The position numbers and the translations under genes are program-made. From Octopus vulgaris (taxonomy: Eukaryota), in contig OX597838.1 in NCBI GenBank assembly GCA_951406725.2, forward strand, positions 11,346,001 through 11,410,000: a stretch of DNA of 64,000 nucleotides, written 5' to 3'. Shown one piece after another: positions 26,559-39,817 of this stretch (its first letter is position 1; every line of letters starts with the position of its first letter). Under the pieces are notes generated by a model that was given only the letters and a program-made list of their open reading frames with translations, ran no database searches and was not told the origin of the DNA.

Positions 26559-26624
26559 CTCTAGAATCCCATGATGCAATTCTACAACAACCTCCATAAT
26601 TGACTTTTATTCAATAGGAACTAC
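26559..26624 (+). promoter_or_regulatory. Candidate ZNF143/Staf-type site in the USP30 promoter
   Basis: TCCCATGATGCA at 26567-26578 plus GGAACTAC at about 26617-26624, 140-190 bp upstream of the ATG; resembles the Staf/ZNF143 housekeeping-promoter motif. Confidence 0.35.
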
Positions 26625-26758
26625 GCTTCGCTCATTTATAAATATATACAACGTTTCACTGCACATTATTACCGAAAATATATATACTTTGTTGTATACA
26701 CGTTAGTTCGTGTTACACGTAATGCTGTAGTTGTATTATAACCAGCTGTTTTGAAGCG

Positions 26759-26867
26759 ATGTTTTACAAGAACACGGCTCTCGTGGGTCTGATCACAGTG
26801 ACGGTCGCCACAGCCGCTGCCTATGTTTTGTGGGGTCCACCACACAAGAAGAAGAGCCGCAAAAAAG
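26759..26867 (+). CDS. USP30: USP30 coding exon 1 (TM anchor + basic cluster)
   Basis: ATG at 26759; LITVTVATAAAYVLWGP hydrophobic helix; donor AAG|GTAAC, phase 1. Confidence 0.9.
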
Positions 26868-27271
26868 GTAACCCATCACTCATACATCTCATAAAACCCT
26901 TCTTCTTTCAAACTACTTTACTTTCTAGCAGAAATGCTATTCAGAAAATCTCAAATACGCACACATAACATCATGTTAATGAGAAATATGTGTAGTGTAT
27001 ATATGTATATATATGATCTAATGTAATATAATGTTTGAAGTGGTGTACAATTAGGAGGCTGTCAGGATTTTGGATAATTCTTAGTGCTTTCGTTCGATTA
27101 GCCGAACTCTTCCAGATAATATTGCTAGAAATAAGAGTTAAAGACTTACAGCATCAAGAGACTTTAACTCTTATTTCTAGCAATCTAGGTGCTTCGGCAC
27201 CCTCAGTCACATTTAATGACGATAAATTTCTTCCTTTGTGGTAATATATTGCGTCTAGCTGTTTATATTAA

Positions 27272-27312
<41 letters not shown>

Positions 27313-30300
27313 GGTGGTTGGACGCAATTCAAAACCAAAAACAAAATAATTCACCGTTACTAAAAAGTGACCAAAGGTGCAGGGAGCACCAGCTTTGCTA
27401 GAAATATACTTAGTGTTCATGGTTATAGATTTGCCAATATCTTACCCTTTCCCCTACATTGTGGTAAGATGATCTGGTGACCTCTTTGCGATCCTAAGGG
27501 TATAGAGTCTTCGTTTCATATTATACCATTTCTTGTTATTTTGAACAGGCCTCTCTCACTGTGTCGTGGTGTTTTTACTGGATAAAAGAAGGTCTTTAAT
27601 ATTTGTTTATCTAACAACCTTTGCTGTTCTTCCTCTTAGTCAAAGAGGAAACCTTTTACGATGGTTTGACCTCCTGGAAATAACAGCTGGCTCTCCTTTA
27701 TGTTATATCCTAATACCTTAGAAAACAAAGTTACATCGGATAATGTAGAGGCTAACTCTATAGTTTTTAAATATATATTTATATATTTGCGGGACTAATC
27801 ATAAATCCAAAACAATCCGGAAAATATAAATATTGATTTGGGTTTTCTGCGTATGCGAAACGAATGTGCGACGCTCTTTTAGAAATGCATCTCTCCAAGA
27901 AAATGAAATGCAATTTTAAAAGTTATGAAAATGGAAAATGAATACAAAATAAATGATGTATGCAAAAAATTAGAAAGATTAATCCATTTTTAAATATTTT
28001 ATTATAAAAAATATAAAACAGAAACTGGAAACAAGTACCCGTGGAATATAAACAAACATGTCGGATGATACAAGGGGCGGTAATTTACTTTGGTATTATT
28101 AATGGTACGAGGATCTCGACAATATTGTTTGCAAATTCTTGATTGTTTTTAATCAGATTTTTTTTTTACTGTGCACACTGATTAGGGTGGGGGTTAGGTG
28201 GTGTGCACTCACTTTACCATCGCCCATTTTATGATGTGATATGGCGGGCATCCGTTTTGTCTCGGGAGACAATGGAGTTGCGCATAAAATAGTCTTGTCC
28301 GGCTTTTACATTTCATGTCCTAATAAGTGTTTATTGAGCGAAAACACCTAAAAGCTCCACGAGGCTCCGGCAGGGGATGGTGGTGATCCCTGCTGTACTC
28401 TTTCACCACAACTTTCTCTCACTCTTACTTCCTGTTTCTGTTGTACCTGTATTTCAAAGGGCCGGCCTTGTCACTCTCTGTGTCACGCTGAATATCCCCG
28501 AGAACTACGTTAAGGGTACGCGTGTCTGTGGAGTGCTCAGCCACTTACACGTTAATTTCACGAGCAAGCTGTTCCGTTGATTCGGATCAAATGGAACCCT
28601 CGTCGTCGTAACCGACGGAGTGCTTCCATCCAATACATTTCCTGCTGATATACGACAGAAATAATTATAAAGCAATAGAGTAAATATATTTAAGACGTAT
28701 GCAAGGTTTGTAATTTTTATTTTTAGTTTACAGAGAAAATAAATTATACAACATATAACTCAGTGGCTATTTGGCCCCTCGTATCAATTAATACGATTGG
28801 TAAAATCGTATTACATTCCCTAGACTGTCATGTCTTTTCTTATATTCTTTCTGTGCCAGCATGCTACATTCACTTACTATGTGAGCAACACTTTCCTCTT
28901 TTGATTTGCATAATCTACTTGGGTTTTGTCTATGTTGGCTTTTATCCAATTAGTCCTTCATGCTTGATCTTGTGCAGCTTCTAACAAACTTTCTGTCTCC
29001 CTCTTCAACTTTCCTTTCTGCAGCCATAACCATGTCTCACTACTACTATTTGCTGCAACTGTCTTTGAGAATCTACCATGCAACGCCTTCTCCTGCCAGT
29101 CTGGTTTTTAACTTCGTTTGATTTTTCATTCTTACTAAAAAAGCTTCAGTTCATCCATGTAGAGCAAATGGTTAATTTTTCCTTTACTATTTCTGAACTG
29201 ATACCCTGCCTTTGCCTTTCTAGCTTCTTCTGCACAAGGTTTCTTATCTTCAGTACTTCGTTCCCCACTGTTTATTTTGTTATAAAATCTCTTCCGTTGA
29301 TACAGATTTATTCTTTTCTGATATCTGGAGAGTTTGCCTGTTACTGCTATAATACACCGTTTCACCTCTTCTATTACTGTCCCAAATCCTTTCTCTTTGA
29401 CTAAGTATCTTTTCTTGAGGGAAGATTTGCATTTTGTCTTTCCTAACTTGTAGTTTCCAGGCTTCTATTCTACTAAGATATTGTCTCCTTTTCCATATTT
29501 GCTCTTTTTTAATCTTTCCCTGTGAAATATCTAATCTTCTGACGACTACTACCCCTCCAGCATAGATCAATAAGTCAGTGACACCGATATTTTTAGTATC
29601 TATCTATATTACTGATAACAGAATCTACTTTCTTAGTCATATCTAGTAGCTTCATTCTGTTGGTGCATTTTAATGCTGGCAATCTTTTCCTTCTTTATTC
29701 ATTACCTCCTGCAACTCGTGTAAAATCTTCTGATCTTCCTCACATAAATCACTTAAGTCCACTGGTGCCAGTTGTCCCTTCCTTATTGGTAATACTTATT
29801 GGGTTGCATAGTAATGTATGTAAATTATAGATCAACTATTTCTTAGTATTTATGATTATTTGCCTGCCATTCATTCTCTTTTTTGGTTGGTTTTGTTATG
29901 GGTTCCACTTTGCAGCATTTACTTTAACTGAACACTGCCTATTCTCATGTGTTGTTGATGTTACTGTCGTAGTTATAATTATTATTGATGCCTTAGAGAG
30001 AGACTGACAAGTAGTCCTATAATCCATCACTTTATATTTTTGGACTATTGGATGTTTTCCTTTCTTTTGAAGGTAGCGGGCTGGCAGAATCGTTAGCACG
30101 CCGGGCAAAATGCTTAGCAGTATTTCGTCTGCCGCTGCGTTCTGAGTTCAAATTCCGCCGAGGTCGACTTTGCCTTCAATCCTTTTGGGGTCAATTAAAT
30201 AAGTACCTGTTACGCACTGGGGTCGATATAATCGACTTAACCTGTTTGTCTGTCCTTGTTTGTCCTCTCTGTGTTTAGCCCCTTGTGGGTAGTAAAGAAA

Positions 30301-33300
30301 TAGGTTGTTTTCCTTTCTTTTAAATATCTCTTTTATTATAATCATCTTATGTCCATTTTCCGTGCTGGCATGGGTTGCATGGTTTGACATGGAGCTGGTC
30401 AGCCAGGGAACTGTCCAGACTCCAGTTGTCTGTTGTGGCATGGTTCTTTCGGCTAAATGTCCTTCCTATTACAGAGTGTGCGGGGTGAGTTTATGCAGCA
30501 CAAGCATCTGTAATGGACAAGTCTGTAGGTATGGAGGACAATGATTCTACTTAACTTGCTGTGCCTTCTCAAGTACAGCAAATTTCCACAACTCCCGCTT
30601 CCTTGTCATTTCCTCAGTGAGGGGCCCAGTGTTCGAAGATCCTTTTGCACCACTTCATCTCATGTCTTCCTGAGTCTGAACCCCTCAAATAACCTGCCCA
30701 TGAAGGACCTCTGCTGGTGTGACAGATGTCACAGTCACAGAACCGTGAATGGCTCGCTATCTCCAGTGAACTGGCGCAGGACCGCCGTGGGTGGGCTGCC
30801 ATTGTTCGAGATGCCTCGAGGGTGGTGGAAGAAGCCGACTCAACCCACCCAGGGTGAATGTCACCACAAGTACAAGTAAAGTGACAGATGTGTTAGATTT
30901 ATAGATTATCTTTGTCAATGCAACTTTCTATCCAGCATCGAATAAATAAAATCTATTACATGTAGTGACGTACTTTTATTTTTTCCTGTTTGTACAGCCA
31001 TATATGTGTGCATTGGGTAATTATATTGAAATTTTCAATTTCTCTTTCAGATTACGCTCCTGGTTTAGAGAATCTTGGAAATACATGTTTCCTTAACGCT
31101 GTTCTGCAAGCTTTGGCGCCGTGCCAAAGTATTCTTGATTGGCTTAGTAAAATTCTGCTTCGAAAGCATATGAACAAGACAGAAAACTACCTTGCTTATA
31201 CAATGTTGAAGACCCTCAAAGGTAATCAGACATTGTCATTGAATACTTTATTTATTAAACATTTTGTTAGTAATGTTTACACTATTTCAGTAAGTTGTCA
31301 TAAGTGGTATTCTGAATAAAGTGTTTCAGGTATAGAAATTTATGAAACCTATTTACCTTTCATATTCTTTTTCAGTTTATTTTCCTCACAAAATGACTGC
31401 AAATTACTGTTTTTAAATAGACATGTAAGTGCAGGCATTCCCCAACCACTTGGTTTCAGGTTCAGTCCCACTGTGTGGCACCTTGAACAAGTGTCTTCTA
31501 TTATAGCCCTGTGTCTGCCAAAAGCCTTGTTAGTGGATTTGGTAGGTAGATGGAAACTACCATGTGAGTATGTGTTTTTGCCTCTCCTTGTATCAACATT
31601 ACATGATAGTTGTAAATGAGTGTCACTTTCGTATAAGCAATGTCACTCATTTCTAATATTCTGCAAAAACCTGTTTTCCTATAGGGAAATATTAGTTTTA
31701 TTTGAAAGCAAACGAGAATTGGCAGACATAGAAAATCTGCCTCAATAAATTCTTTCTGATCCATGCAAGAATGGAAAAGTGGGATGTGACAAAAGAGAAA
31801 ATAAATCATATGGTTGAGGGTTACTGATAATGGCCAAAATTGGTGCTGAGGCATCTTATAACTGAAACAACAGCAGGTAAAAAAAGAAAAAAAAGTACTA
31901 CTTGCAATGCATTTTGACCTCTTACTTTCCAGTATCTTCATTAACTCATTGAGAAAGTGTAGAAATATAATTCACTATATTTCATCATCATCATCATCAT
32001 CGTTTAACGTCCGTTCTCCATGCTAGCATGGGTTGGACGGTTCGACCTGGGATCTGGGAAGCCAGAAGGCTGCACCAGGCTCCAGTCTTATCTAGCAATG
32101 TTTCTACAGCTGGATGCCCTTCCTAACACCAACCACTCCGTGAGTGTAGTGGGTGCTTTTTACGTGCCACCTGCACAGGTGCCAGGCGAGGCTGGCAACG
32201 GCCACGGTCGGATTGGTGTATTTTATGTGCCACCGGCATCGGCCATGAGTCGGATAGTGCTTTTTTAAAAATGGATAAGGTGGTATTGGACTATATTTTA
32301 GAGATGAGATTCATTGCGGAGAAAAACATTTAATTCACATTTATTTGTATTTGAAAATGTCAGGTCTTCCATTCCAATAGTCTGTCTTATCGTCTTAACA
32401 ATATCAAGGGAGACCAAACTGGTGGGACTTGTTTGATAAAAGCATGGAGTTACCAACATAACTTGGACATGGTGTACTGAGTTTCTAATATCTGGTTATA
32501 ACACTGAACCTTACTAGGATAATCTCTTTGTCAATTAATCCTTTCTGTTGATAAAAGTGTAAACAATAGGCTTTGTTTATAATGAGTATGTGCACCTCTC
32601 TCATATTAATTCTCTCTTTTACTCTTTCCCCATCTCTACACAACATAAAGCATAACTGGAGAAATCAACCAACCAACTGACCAACGATTATATTGGCTAT
32701 TGTTATATAGAGATGGTTGAAATTTAGTTGCTACCCCAATCAACTTTCCTCTGTCCATTCATTACAAGCATATTCTTTTCTGTGTATTTCCAGTTTTGAC
32801 AAACAAGACTTTCCACGACAAGGAGACATTTTGTCCCAGTGAAGTCCTCAATGCTCTTCGATCTCGATGGGTTATTCCTGATGATGAACAGGTTAGTTCT
32901 TTTTTAGTTATGTAAAACATTAACAGTATCATCATCATCATTTAGCGTCCGCTTTCCATGCTAGCATGGGTTGGACGGTTCAACTGGGGTCTGTGAAGCC
33001 AGAAGGCTGCATCAGGCCCAGTCTGATCTGGCAGTGTTTCTACGGCTGGATGCCCTTCCTAATGCCAACCACTCCGTGAGTGTAGTGGGTGCTTTTTACG
33101 TGCCACCCGCACAGGTGCCAGACGGAGCTGGCAAACGGCCACAATCGGATGGTGCTTTTTACGTGCCACCGGCACGGGGGCCAGGCGAGGCTGGCAACGG
33201 CCACGAACGGATGGTGCTTTTACGTGCCACCGGCATGGAGGCCAGTCGGGGCGGCGCTGGCAATGGCCACGGTTGCTATATACTTGATTAACAGAGATTT

Positions 33301-36300
33301 CTACAGCTGAATTTATCTTGTTAGCACTGGTACTGCTCTCATCGCTTCTTGAGATTTTATAACTAGTTACTTTGCTTGATTATATATGCACATATATATA
33401 ATTATATATGCATATATATATGCATGCATGGTTTTATATATCATCATTATTTAACGTCTGCCTTCCATGCTGGCATGGGTGAGACGATTTGACAAGAGCT
33501 TGCCAGGCAGAAGCCTGCACCAGACTTCTGTAATTGTTTCGGCAGGATTTTTACAGCTGAATGCCCTTCCTAAAACCAACCCCTCAGCAGAGTGGACTTT
33601 GTGCCTTTTATATAGCACGTGTACAGGTGAGGTCAGTTTTGACAAGGTATTTTACATCTGGATGCCCTTCCAAATGCCAACCACTTTACAATGTGGACTT
33701 GGGTGCTTTTAAGTGGCACCTGCACTGACAGGGTCACCAAGTACTTGTGATTTGGAGCATCTGGTGAGTGATATGTTGTACACATAACTATATCGAGTTG
33801 CCTTATATGTACAATTAGTGTGTCACACACCGAGTTTGAGTGTAACAAAAGGATCTGGGGTGTAAGATCTTCATGAAGATACACTGTAACCTCACTATGA
33901 TTCTTCGTCTTTTCTGTCACTTTGCAATACCATACACTTTAGTGTCCAAAAGTGGACACTAGATGATGAAGATGATTTGCTATGGATGTTGGTAAGCAAC
34001 AACTAATTTCTAATGCTTACATAATTCTCTTCTTGATTTCTTAGGATGCACATGAACTTTTTCATGCCTTGACTCAGACGCTTGCTGAAGAAACTGGTCA
34101 CTACCCTAAAGTTTTATCTCTTTTCGATGTATCTGCTTTACAGGTAAGTTTTTGGCTTAAAATTTGTTTCTTATTTTTCTCCAACCTTTTCTATGTGTGC
34201 ATTGTGTGTTCACTCATCATCATCATCATCGTTTAACGTCTGTTCTCCATGCTAGCATGGGTTGGACGGTTCGACCGGGGATCTGGGAAGCCAGAAGGCT
34301 GCCCCAGGCTCCAGTCTGATCTGGCAGTGTTTCTACAGCTGGATGCCCTTCCTAATGCCAACCACTCCGTGAGTGTAGTGGGTGCTTTTTGCGTGCCACC
34401 GGCGAGGCCACGATCGGATTGGTGCTTTTTACGTGCCACCGGCACGGAAGCCAGTCAAGGCGGAGCTGGCATCGGCCATGTTCGGATGGTGCTTTGTATT
34501 TTCCTTAATTCTGTTTATATTTACAGTGCTGAAATTTGGTGTCTGGAACTAAAAGGGCTTCACTAGAAAAAGCATTGACTAAAGAAAATATATATCATAA
34601 CTGGTGACTTCTGAAATATTTTATTTTGAGTGGAATCTTGACTTACACCACTAGAAGGCATGGTATTATAATAGCTTGGATAAAATACCAGGAAATAAGG
34701 TGGAATTGAGAAGGTGACTGGCAACAACATATAAAGATGGCCATTAATGAAATGGCTGAGGCTTTAATATGCAGGATTTGCACTTGGTAACCAGCAAAGA
34801 AATGTACTTACAGTTTATGGTTGATAGTCACCAGGAATCACTAGAAACATTAGAAAAGCTATATACAAGCTTTACATGAATTTTTCGTTTTTCTTTGTTT
34901 ACAAAATCTGTTCCAATTTAATCAGGTTGATAATTACTATGACTTCAGAGAAGCCCAAGTATTTTTATGACAAAGGGAGAGTAATTGAACTTCAAACTGC
35001 CTCTGTAAAGAAGTGATAGAATATAATTGTGTTCTTTGAATGAGTATTGTTATTAAGTATTTGGAAGGAACCCTCTCTCTCTCTCTCTTTTCGGAGAGGC
35101 ACTGAGCACCTACACGCACACATACACACACGGCAGTAACTCCCGCCTACCAAATTAAACTCAAATTAAACAAAGCTTCGGTCAGCTCGGGGCTATCGCA
35201 GAAGACACCTGCCCAAAGTGCCACGCAGTGGGACTGAACCCGAAACCATCTAGTTAGGAAGCAAGCTCCCTAACCACACAGCCATGTCTTTGCTATAAGC
35301 ATATTTCTTTTTAAATCACTTTAATCCAACTAATTTTTTCTTGCAGAGCCCAGATAATGAATACCAAACTTGCAAATCAGCTGTAACTCGCAGTAAAGGA
35401 TTATTGCCGGTTTTACCACGAGATACAGATCATCCATTCCGTGGACACTTTGCCAGCCAGCTTACTTGTCAGTCTTGTGCTTATTGTTATCCAGTTAAAT
35501 ATGATTTGTTCGACAGTCTGTCACTTAATATTCCGGAAAGTCATTGGGTAAGTTTTGATTCAAAGTAGCAAGTGTTTAAGAGTGTACATGTATATGTTGA
35601 TGAGTGAATGTGTGCATGGAGAGTTGCACTCGTTGCTGTGGATGTACTTTGTAGATATTGAGTTAAAAGTACGGATGTGTGGGTGTACTTTGTAGATATT
35701 GAGTTAAAAGTACGGATGCGTGGATGTACTTTGTAGATATTGAGTTAAAAGTACGGATGTGTGGGTGTACTTTGTAGATATTGAGTTAAAAGTACGGATG
35801 TGTGGGTGTACTTTGTAGATATTGAGTTAAAAGTACGGATGTGTGGGTGTACTTTGTAGATATTGAGTTAAAAGTACGGATGCGTGGATGTACTTTGTAG
35901 ATATTGAGTTAAAAGTGCGGGATGTGTGGATGTACTTTGTAGATAAAAGTATGGATGTGTGGATGTACTTTGTAGATATTGAGTTAAAAGTACAGATGTG
36001 TGGATGTACCATGTGTATTTAAAAATAAGTGTGAAGGACACATTATATGCAAATGCATGTTTGTAAGCCTGTTGTTACTTAATTGAGGTGGTAGGGGTTG
36101 TTTCAATTTCAGCTATAGTTAATACTCAACTGAATTCCATCAATCATCATCATCATCATCATCGTTTAACATCCGCTTTCCATGCTAGCATGGGTTGGAC
36201 GGTTCAACTGGGGTCTGGGAAGCCCGAAGGCTGCACCAGGCCCAGTCAGACCTGGCAGTGTTTCTACAGCTGGATGCCCTTCCTAACGCCAACCACTCCA

Positions 36301-39300
36301 TGAGTGTAGCGGGTGCTTTTTACGTGCCACTGACACAGGTGCCAGACGAGGTTGGCAAACGGCCATGCTTGGATGGTGCTTTTTACGTGCCACCGGCATG
36401 GAGGTCAGGCGAGGCTGGCAATGGCCACGATCGGATGGTGTTTGTTATGTATTAAAAAAAAAGGACACATCTGCCAATTTTGTCTGTTACTTGTTTCAGT
36501 CTTCCTTATCCAACAAAGGTTCATAAATGTCCAATATGATGCATCCAAAGACAAATCACAGTTGTTTTCATTTATATTTTGCACATCATCAAGAGTAAAA
36601 CCTTCGAAGTCGGAATCGACACTTGCTGACACCATCTTGTTAAAAATTTAGATATACACTTTTCTTCAAATGTTGAAAAAAACCAAGAAGCCTCAAAAAT
36701 TTCACTGTATTTTCACTTGAATAAAGGTGGGAAAGGCTTTATCTCGCATTATCTCGAAGCTGTGAGAATTCAATAATGTGATTTATTTTTTTAGTGATTT
36801 CTTAGAGAAATCAAATACAACTGGATTTGGCTGGTTCAAACAAAGAGGAATAATTTTCAGCCGATTATGGCTTAAAAAAAAAAAAAAAAATTATTGGGGT
36901 CAATTCATTTGACCAAACGATCTTTAAGGTGGTGCTCCTGTCTAATTAGTGTGTCACACACTGTAACCTCACCATGATTCTTGTCTTTTCTGTCACTTCG
37001 CAATACCATACACTTTAGTGTCCAAAAGTGGATACTAGATGATGAGGATGATTTGTTATGGATGTAGGTAAGAAACAACCAATTTCTAATGCTTACATAA
37101 TTCTAATAACTGAAACAAAAGATAAAAAATAGATGCATATATTTATACAATAAATTCAATTAACTACTAAAAGTATGAAGTCCAAATATGCTGTAGGTAT
37201 TTGGTAGAAAGGATATGAAACTTTCCTGCCTTTACTTAATAAAACTTATTCTAGGTTTTCTGGTATTGCTACCTGACAAAGACTAAAATCCTCTCTACAA
37301 AGAGCAATTTATTGATTCTGTTAATGAAGAATAAATTTAAATAACGATGGTTACATATATGAATTTTATTTTTTTTTTCATTTCTTTCAAGGGGCCTCTT
37401 TCCTTAGAAATGCTACTGCAAAAGTTTATAACTAGTGAAACAGTGTTCAATGTCGATTGTCCAGGATGTACAAATAAATCAGACATCAGCCAGACGAAAG
37501 TAATACAGTCAAACTTTCTGAAGAAACTAAGTATTGGAAAAGTAAGTTTTTCTTAATTTTTTTTTTTTTAACTTGAAATCATAGAAGAAAAAAATTTAAC
37601 AATTTTAATATTTTTCACTCTGATTAAAATAATTAATGTGTAAAGTGACATTTGCCTATGAATTAATTATGATAATGCAAGTATATTTTCTTACTCCGTA
37701 GTGTCTGTTTTCAATTTAACTGAGACTCTGGTTCATCAACCCATCTCAAAATCCTTTGCTTTTCATCTTAAATTGTTACCCATTCATTGATTTTTTTTTA
37801 TCATTGTTCAACAATGCTTACTTGACTTTAATATAGGCTGAGTGAGTGCTAAAGGCCTCATCAAGTACTTTACTGCTTATATATAATTTGGCTGTATCAT
37901 TAAGAATTTTGTTTCACAACTCAGATGGGAATGTTTGCTCATTTTTGTTCAAATTATGCAAATTACTTTGATCATAAATGTGTTTTACTTCTCTTTTGTG
38001 ATGTACACACAGAAATGGTCAAGAATTTTGTTCTTACCTTTTGGAGGGGTGTAGTTAGTTCTACTTTGGACTAAAGATTCATCCTCATTCATGCATTACT
38101 CAAAAAAGTCACAAAGACTGAAACCGGTACTAAAATGTTCTTCATGAAAAATTATTTTATTATTTTCTACCTTGTCTTATTTTCCCATGATAGATCACTA
38201 GCCGCTTTACCTTTTTCTATTTTCTCTTCCTGTTTATTTCTGTGTTCCTTTCTGTCGAAGAGCATAGGCTCGAAACATAAAAGACTTTCTCACTTCCCGA
38301 GCGTTAAACTAATACATCTGTTTGTTGTTTATACACCTGACTTCGTCTTTTGCTTTTTGTAAATTCTCGCTATACATATAGTATTTAGATGTAACCTCCA
38401 CAAATTGTTTTCTGTTGCAGTTACCACAGTGTTTATGCCTCCATATTCCCAGAACGCATTGGTTAAACAACAATGTTCCAGTCAAACGATTTGAACGAAT
38501 ATCTTTTCCTGAAACTCTTCAAATGGATGAATTTATTTACATGGGTGTTGGTTCTGCTGGTGAGAAGGACCGCAAGAACTGGTTGTTTGGAGGCAGAGCT
38601 TCTAATGTCAATCGGTAGGTCATTTTGTAGTATGAATACTCTCTTTTACTCTTTTACTTGTTTCAGTCATTTGACTGCGGCCATGCTGGAGCACCGCCTT
38701 TAATCGAGCAACTCGACCCCGGGACTTATTCTTTTTGTAAGCCCAGTACTTATTCTATCGGTCTCTTTTGCCGAACTGCTAAGTAACGGGGACATAAACA
38801 CACCAGCATCGGTTGTCAAGCATTGCTAGGGGGACAAACACAGACACACAAACACACACATACATATATATATATATATACATATATACGACGGGCTTCT
38901 TTCAGTTTCCGTCTACCAAATCCACTCACGAGGCTTTGGTCGGCCCGAGGCTATAGGAGAAGACACTTGCCCAAGGTGCCACGCAGTGGAACTGAACCCG
39001 GAACCATGTGGTTGGTAAACAAGCTACTTACCACACAGCCACTCCTGCTTCAGTATTTTAAATAGTTTATCACATTATCGTTATTCGGTCCTCACTGTTG
39101 GTTGTGAATACTGAGTAATGACCGAAAGTGTATGGTAGCGAATACAAGTGACAGAAATGAGATTCCTTTGAAGAGTCTCTCAAGTAATGTTACTCATCAG
39201 AGTGCATAGCTTGGAGATCAGGGAATCTCTCCAGGTCAAGTTGCTACTTCTCTGCATTGAGGGGTCACAGTATGTGATGAGACTGTCATAAGAAAGAATC

Positions 39301-39782
39301 ACAAGATGGATTATTCAAACCAAGCCAACCAGCAGGAGACTTAGGGGTAGACCAAGAACAAGATGGTTGGATAATGTCCATAGTCTCAGTTGGTCATGCT
39401 TAGGAATGCAGCCAGAAAATCTAATGGTGGTTTCTTCTGATAGGACCCTAAGGTGATGGTACCTGAGGACTCTACTCCCACAATCCTCCCAGGAATGATA
39501 TGTGGAGATGACGGATGGATTATCATTCATCCTTGTAATATCCTTGAATTTTATCTTCCAGCACATTTTTCATTACTCTTTACTCTTTACTCTTTTATTT
39601 GTTTCAGTCATTTGACTGCGGCCATGCTGGAGCACCGCCTTTAGTCGAGCAAATCGACCCCGGGACTTATTCTTTTTGTAAGCCCAGTACTTATTCTATC
39701 GGTCTCTTTTGCCGAACCGCTAAGTGACGGGGACGTAAACACACACCAGCATCGCTTGTCAAGCAATGCTAAGGGGACAAAC

Positions 39783-39817
<35 letters not shown>

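Noticed and set aside
35637-36010. Regular 41-bp repeats as a possible CRISPR-like array
   Set aside because: Head-to-tail units with no unique spacers, in a eukaryotic intron; a minisatellite.
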